DNA of 64,000 bases from positions 2,575 to 66,574 of the forward strand of contig JAHJMN010000048.1 in assembly GCA_018821305.1 (NCBI GenBank). Reading direction: 5' to 3'. The stretch comes from Myxococcota bacterium (GTDB taxonomy: Bacteria > Myxococcota_A > Polyangia > HGW-17). The notes beneath the pieces are model-generated. The model was not told the DNA's origin. It saw only the letters and a program-made list of their open reading frames with translations, and made no database searches. How positions within the stretch are numbered: the stretch's first letter is position 1; every line of letters starts with the position of its first letter. This document shows positions 60,291 to 64,000 of this stretch, one piece after another. The translations under genes were made by a program, and so were the position numbers.

Positions 60291-60350
60291 TGTCTATCCG
60301 AAAATTCGAAAAAATGAAGTATTCTTCAATTTTTCAAGACCGGATAGGCA
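60291..60350. repeat. repeat-family member (CCG/CGG variant)
   Basis: TGTCTATCCG...CGGATAGGCA; interior matches the reverse complement of 39212-39278. Confidence 0.7.
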
Positions 60351-60418
60351 TTGCAAGATGCTGAAAATATTAATTTACTATTCTGAAACGGGATTGTTCC
60401 CTTAAGTTTGGAGTACAG

Positions 60419-61498
60419 GTGATGGTTACAAAACAATTTGATTGTCCCAGTTGTGCAGCTCAGTTACACTATGACCCGTCTCAGGGGGCTCCTACCTGCC
60501 CTTACTGCGGATTTGTTGCAACAATGGAAACAACGGTTGAAGACAAGCAAAAAGCCGTTGAGGAGCTTGATTTATATGCTTATCTGGAAAAAGCAGATGC
60601 AGGGGAAGCTACTTCCGAAACACAAGAGTCTCTGGTCGTAAAGTGCGAAGCATGCTACGCTGAAAGTACCCTTATAGAAGGTCAGTTAACAGCAGAATGT
60701 CCGTTCTGTGGCACTCAGATTGTTACGCAAAGTCAATCCAAACGGATGCTCAGACCCCGTGCAGTTTTGCCATTCACCGTCACGGATAAAAAAGGTCACG
60801 ATCTCTGGCAGGACTGGATAAAAAGCCTCTGGTTTGCCCCCAATAAATTAAAAGAAACGGTAAAATATGCCGACAAGTTACAGGGAATTTATATACCTTA
60901 CTGGACTTTCGATGCAAAAACTGACACCAAATACTCCGGGGAACGTGGAGATATCTCATATGTGAAAATAAACGGTAAAAAAGTACCGAAAATCAAATGG
61001 TCAAATGCCAGTGGTGAAGTCTGGCTTGAATTTGATGATGTTATTGTTATCGCAAGTCACGGTGTTCCCCATAAATATGCTGAACGTCTGGTCCCCTGGA
61101 AACTCGAAGAACTTGTGCCATACGATGATCATTACCTGAGTGGTTTCAAAGCTGAAGCGTATCAGGTTGATTTGCGTGCTGGCTTTGCAAAAGGCCAGGA
61201 ATTTATGGAGGCGACCATTGATAAAATGGTACGTAAGGACATAGGTGGTGAGCAACAACGTATTCATAACAAACACACGGAATACAGCGATGTTACTTTC
61301 AAACATATTCTACTTCCTATATGGATCAGTGCATATCGGTTTAATGATAAGGTTTATCAGTTCCTTGTGAACGGACAAACCGGTAGAGTTCAGGGCGAAA
61401 GACCCTGGAGTTGGGTCAAAATCTCACTTCTTGTCCTTACAATAGCTGCAATTGCTGCCGCAGCTGTGCTCATTGGACGCTATAGTCGTTATCGTTAA
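60419..61498 (+). CDS. zinc-ribbon membrane-anchored protein (family often mis-annotated as primosomal protein N')
   Basis: CPSC..CPYCG and CEAC..CPFCG; YIPYWTFD; VNGQTG; C-terminal TM. Confidence 0.8.
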   Translation: MMVTKQFDCPSCAAQLHYDPSQGAPTCPYCGFVATMETTVEDKQKAVEELDLYAYLEKADAGEATSETQESLVVKCEACYAESTLIEGQLTAECPFCGTQIVTQSQSKRMLRPRAVLPFTVTDKKGHDLWQDWIKSLWFAPNKLKETVKYADKLQGIYIPYWTFDAKTDTKYSGERGDISYVKINGKKVPKIKWSNASGEVWLEFDDVIVIASHGVPHKYAERLVPWKLEELVPYDDHYLSGFKAEAYQVDLRAGFAKGQEFMEATIDKMVRKDIGGEQQRIHNKHTEYSDVTFKHILLPIWISAYRFNDKVYQFLVNGQTGRVQGERPWSWVKISLLVLTIAAIAAAAVLIGRYSRYR

Positions 61499-61630
61499 AA
61501 CATACCAATTAAATTTCCAGTGTGAACTGAGAAACTTTTTTCAGGCTCAGCTTGAGTAAAAATCTGGATTGATATATTTTCGGGTTGCATCGGGACAGGT
61601 CGGATTCCAAAAGCAGGATAAGAGCTCTTA

Positions 61631-63067
61631 ATGACTGAAGTTTCAAATAAAATCAAACCACATTCAAGACAAGCTGAGACCGCAGTTTTAGGTGCAATTT
61701 TTCTGGACAACACAGTTTTTGATATCATTGCGCCCATTGTAAGTGCTCCAGATTTTTACGTTCCTGCACATCGCACCATATATGAAGCAATGGCTTCCTG
61801 CAACGAGCGGCAGGTCCCCATCGATCTCACGACGATGGAACACCAACTTCAATCCCATGGAGATGTTCTCCGAACCATTGGCGGGCTTGAATATCTTGTT
61901 GAGCTTACAAGTCAGGTCCCTACAACAGCCAACGCTGAACATTACGCTCGCATTGTCCGCCTCAAAGCGAGAATGCGGGCGGTTATTGATGCATCCACGG
62001 AAATTACAAGTGCTGGTTATGAACTTCCAGAAGAACTTGAAGAAGATGATTATTTCGACTGGGCTGGAGCAAAAATCTATGCGGCCACTCAGGATGAGAA
62101 AATCACCTCCTTTTCTGAAATTGCAGAAGAACTTTCTAAATTTTTTAATAAATGGGATGAAATTCTTAAAAATCCGAACAGACGTTCCGGTGTTCCCAGT
62201 GGGTTCATTGATCTCGATAAAATTACAGGGGGATTTTCTCCCGGAGATCTGGTTATTTTAGGCGCTCGCCCATCCATGGGAAAAACTTCATTCGCCCTTA
62301 ACATAGCTGAGAATGCAGCGGGAGCCGGAGTTCCTACTCTTGTTTTCAGTCTTGAAATGAACTCTGAACAGTTAACAACCAGACTTCTTTCAAGCGCCGC
62401 CCGGGTAGACCTCAAGAGACTCAGAAATGTACTTTCCACAGGTTCATTGAAATCTTCAGACCACAGTATGATGATGGATCTCCAGCGCGGAGCGAGTGAA
62501 CTTTACAGATATCCACTGGTTATGGATGACACTCCGGGGATAAACCTTCAGACTCTCCGGGCAAGATGTCGTCAGTGGAAAACCAATCGTAAATACTTTC
62601 AGGAAGATGGTAACCGGAACGGTCTTGTGGTTATCGACTACCTTCAGTTAATGCATGGCAAGGCCGGGAAGAACACATCCCGTGAGCAGGAAGTCGGCGA
62701 TATATCGCGTGGTTTAAAGGCTCTCGCTCGTGAGATAGGTGTTCCAATTCTCGTTTTAGCTCAACTTAACCGAAAAGTCGAAGAATCCGAGGATAAAAAA
62801 CCACGACTGAGCCACCTTCGCGAATCCGGTTCCATTGAGCAGGATGCGGATATAATCATGTTCCTGCATCGTGAAGAATACTATAAAAGAGATGATCCCA
62901 ATCTGAAAGGTCAAACGGAACTCATAGTCGCAAAACATCGAAATGGCCCCACCGGGTCAATTGATCTGATCTTCCGTCATGAGTTTACCAGATTTGAGAA
63001 TATCGCGCAGAACGTATCTCCTGAGTGGGAAATGCACGATAACAATAATATGACTGATGATTTTTAA
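61631..63067 (+). CDS. dnaB: replicative DNA helicase
   Basis: GARPSMGKT, FSLEM, VIDYLQLM, LAQLNR, LRESGSIEQDAD, AKHRNGPTG. Confidence 0.97.
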   Translation: MTEVSNKIKPHSRQAETAVLGAIFLDNTVFDIIAPIVSAPDFYVPAHRTIYEAMASCNERQVPIDLTTMEHQLQSHGDVLRTIGGLEYLVELTSQVPTTANAEHYARIVRLKARMRAVIDASTEITSAGYELPEELEEDDYFDWAGAKIYAATQDEKITSFSEIAEELSKFFNKWDEILKNPNRRSGVPSGFIDLDKITGGFSPGDLVILGARPSMGKTSFALNIAENAAGAGVPTLVFSLEMNSEQLTTRLLSSAARVDLKRLRNVLSTGSLKSSDHSMMMDLQRGASELYRYPLVMDDTPGINLQTLRARCRQWKTNRKYFQEDGNRNGLVVIDYLQLMHGKAGKNTSREQEVGDISRGLKALAREIGVPILVLAQLNRKVEESEDKKPRLSHLRESGSIEQDADIIMFLHREEYYKRDDPNLKGQTELIVAKHRNGPTGSIDLIFRHEFTRFENIAQNVSPEWEMHDNNNMTDDF

Positions 63068-63167
63068 ACACTTAAGTTTTCAGTTTTCAACTGAATTACT
63101 GAAAACATTAAATCCGTAATAACAACAAGTTACTGGTTACTTCTGTAACCATCAAGGAGTATTTTTA

Positions 63168-64000
63168 ATGTCAAACCCAAAAGAATTTGTGAAAGAATTT
63201 CTTTCAAAACACGCTACTTCTCTGTCATCTTTCATGAAGGGCAGAACCGCAGCTTTAAAACCATATTGCAACAACGAAGTTCTAAAATCACTTGAAAAAA
63301 CAATGACGGAAACCCTTGGTGAACAGAATCCTGAGATCACAGGTGAAGAAACCCTCGAAGACCGTATTCTGGTCACTACCGCAAGTGGAGAAATCTATGT
63401 TTTAGCTGAATCCGCTATGTCTTACCGAATTGTGGATGTAAAACTCCCCTGTGAATGTACGACTATTGAGGGTATGACAGGTAAATGTATTGTCTGTGAT
63501 GGCGACGGCGAAATCGACGGTTCCCAGTGCCCAGCCTGTGATGGTTCTTCTGCCTGTGGCACCTGTCGTGGTTCCGGAGTTATTTCAATTTCCGAAATTA
63601 TGGCCGAAGACCCCATCGACGATGAACTCGAAGAACCGGTTATGAATGCTGATGAACTCATGCCTGAACTGGAAAATGAAGATGGCGAAAAACTCAACCG
63701 TAAGATGGCTGAGCTTCTTTATAAACTGGATGCCGCTTCATATACTCATTTCATGGAGCTTCGCGAACTTTACAACGATTACTTTGATAAAGAAGTAATG
63801 GGCTGGCCCATTGTTATTTTCCCCTGGTATGAGCGTTCATTCATGGACGAATTCACCCTGGAAGAAGACGACAACTATTACGGTGTTTATGAACTTGCTG
63901 GTGGTGAATTGCTTGTAACTTTAACTAAAGACGGAAGCGACTGGACAATCTCAAGAATGGAAGCGCCTTGTAACTTCATGGAAACAAATCCTCAGTTCCA
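63168..64000 (+). CDS. acidic hypothetical protein with DnaJ-type zinc finger, truncated at right edge
   Basis: Missing from the ORF track. ATG 63168 after AAGGAG; MSNPKEFVKEFL...CIVCDGDG...CPACDGS...CGTCRGSG...; open to the end of the window. Confidence 0.75.
   Translation, partial: MSNPKEFVKEFLSKHATSLSSFMKGRTAALKPYCNNEVLKSLEKTMTETLGEQNPEITGEETLEDRILVTTASGEIYVLAESAMSYRIVDVKLPCECTTIEGMTGKCIVCDGDGEIDGSQCPACDGSSACGTCRGSGVISISEIMAEDPIDDELEEPVMNADELMPELENEDGEKLNRKMAELLYKLDAASYTHFMELRELYNDYFDKEVMGWPIVIFPWYERSFMDEFTLEEDDNYYGVYELAGGELLVTLTKDGSDWTISRMEAPCNFMETNPQF

Noticed and set aside
61631-63067. Intein in DnaB
   Set aside because: Length is normal and no intein motifs are present.
63422-63697. 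Ser-rich minus-strand ORF
   Set aside because: Antisense shadow of the acidic plus-strand gene starting at 63168.

Overview
AT-rich bacterial chromosomal window with about 52 CDSs and one tRNA-Arg(CCG). I infer a Myxococcota/deltaproteobacterium-like organism from its Cys-rich, RCC1, IgGFc-binding, vWA-like and lamin-tail lipoproteins, extensin-like protein and zinc-ribbon/FHA protein. Housekeeping genes include purL, purQ, yhbY, dnaB, a SMUG1-type uracil-DNA glycosylase, an Smr protein, an HDAC-family protein, an Opp/Dpp-type ABC importer, an ABC-2 exporter and a dipeptide epimerase beside DUF819. Two edge-truncated genes missing from the ORF track were found: a YidE/AspT transporter (<1..897) and an acidic protein with a DnaJ-type zinc finger (63168..>64000). 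I recognised no transposase, integrase, CRISPR array or phage gene. Main unexplained signals: (1) a candidate ~124-nt minus-strand sRNA (36285-36408) with a sigma28-type promoter, two hairpins whose loops both carry the anti-Shine-Dalgarno motif UCUCUCCU, and a U8 tail; (2) a family of ~60-bp palindromic intergenic modules (TCCTG...CAGGA core) with compensatory changes, BIME-like mosaics, ends that coincide with TAG stop codons, and a pair of half-sites bracketing a DUF5713 gene; (3) a surface-lipoprotein repertoire with an acidic C-D-D tag, including two 69-Cys paralogues with one-to-one Cys alignment, one of them divergent from a thioredoxin-fold lipoprotein. All family assignments come from motif recognition by eye, not from database searches.
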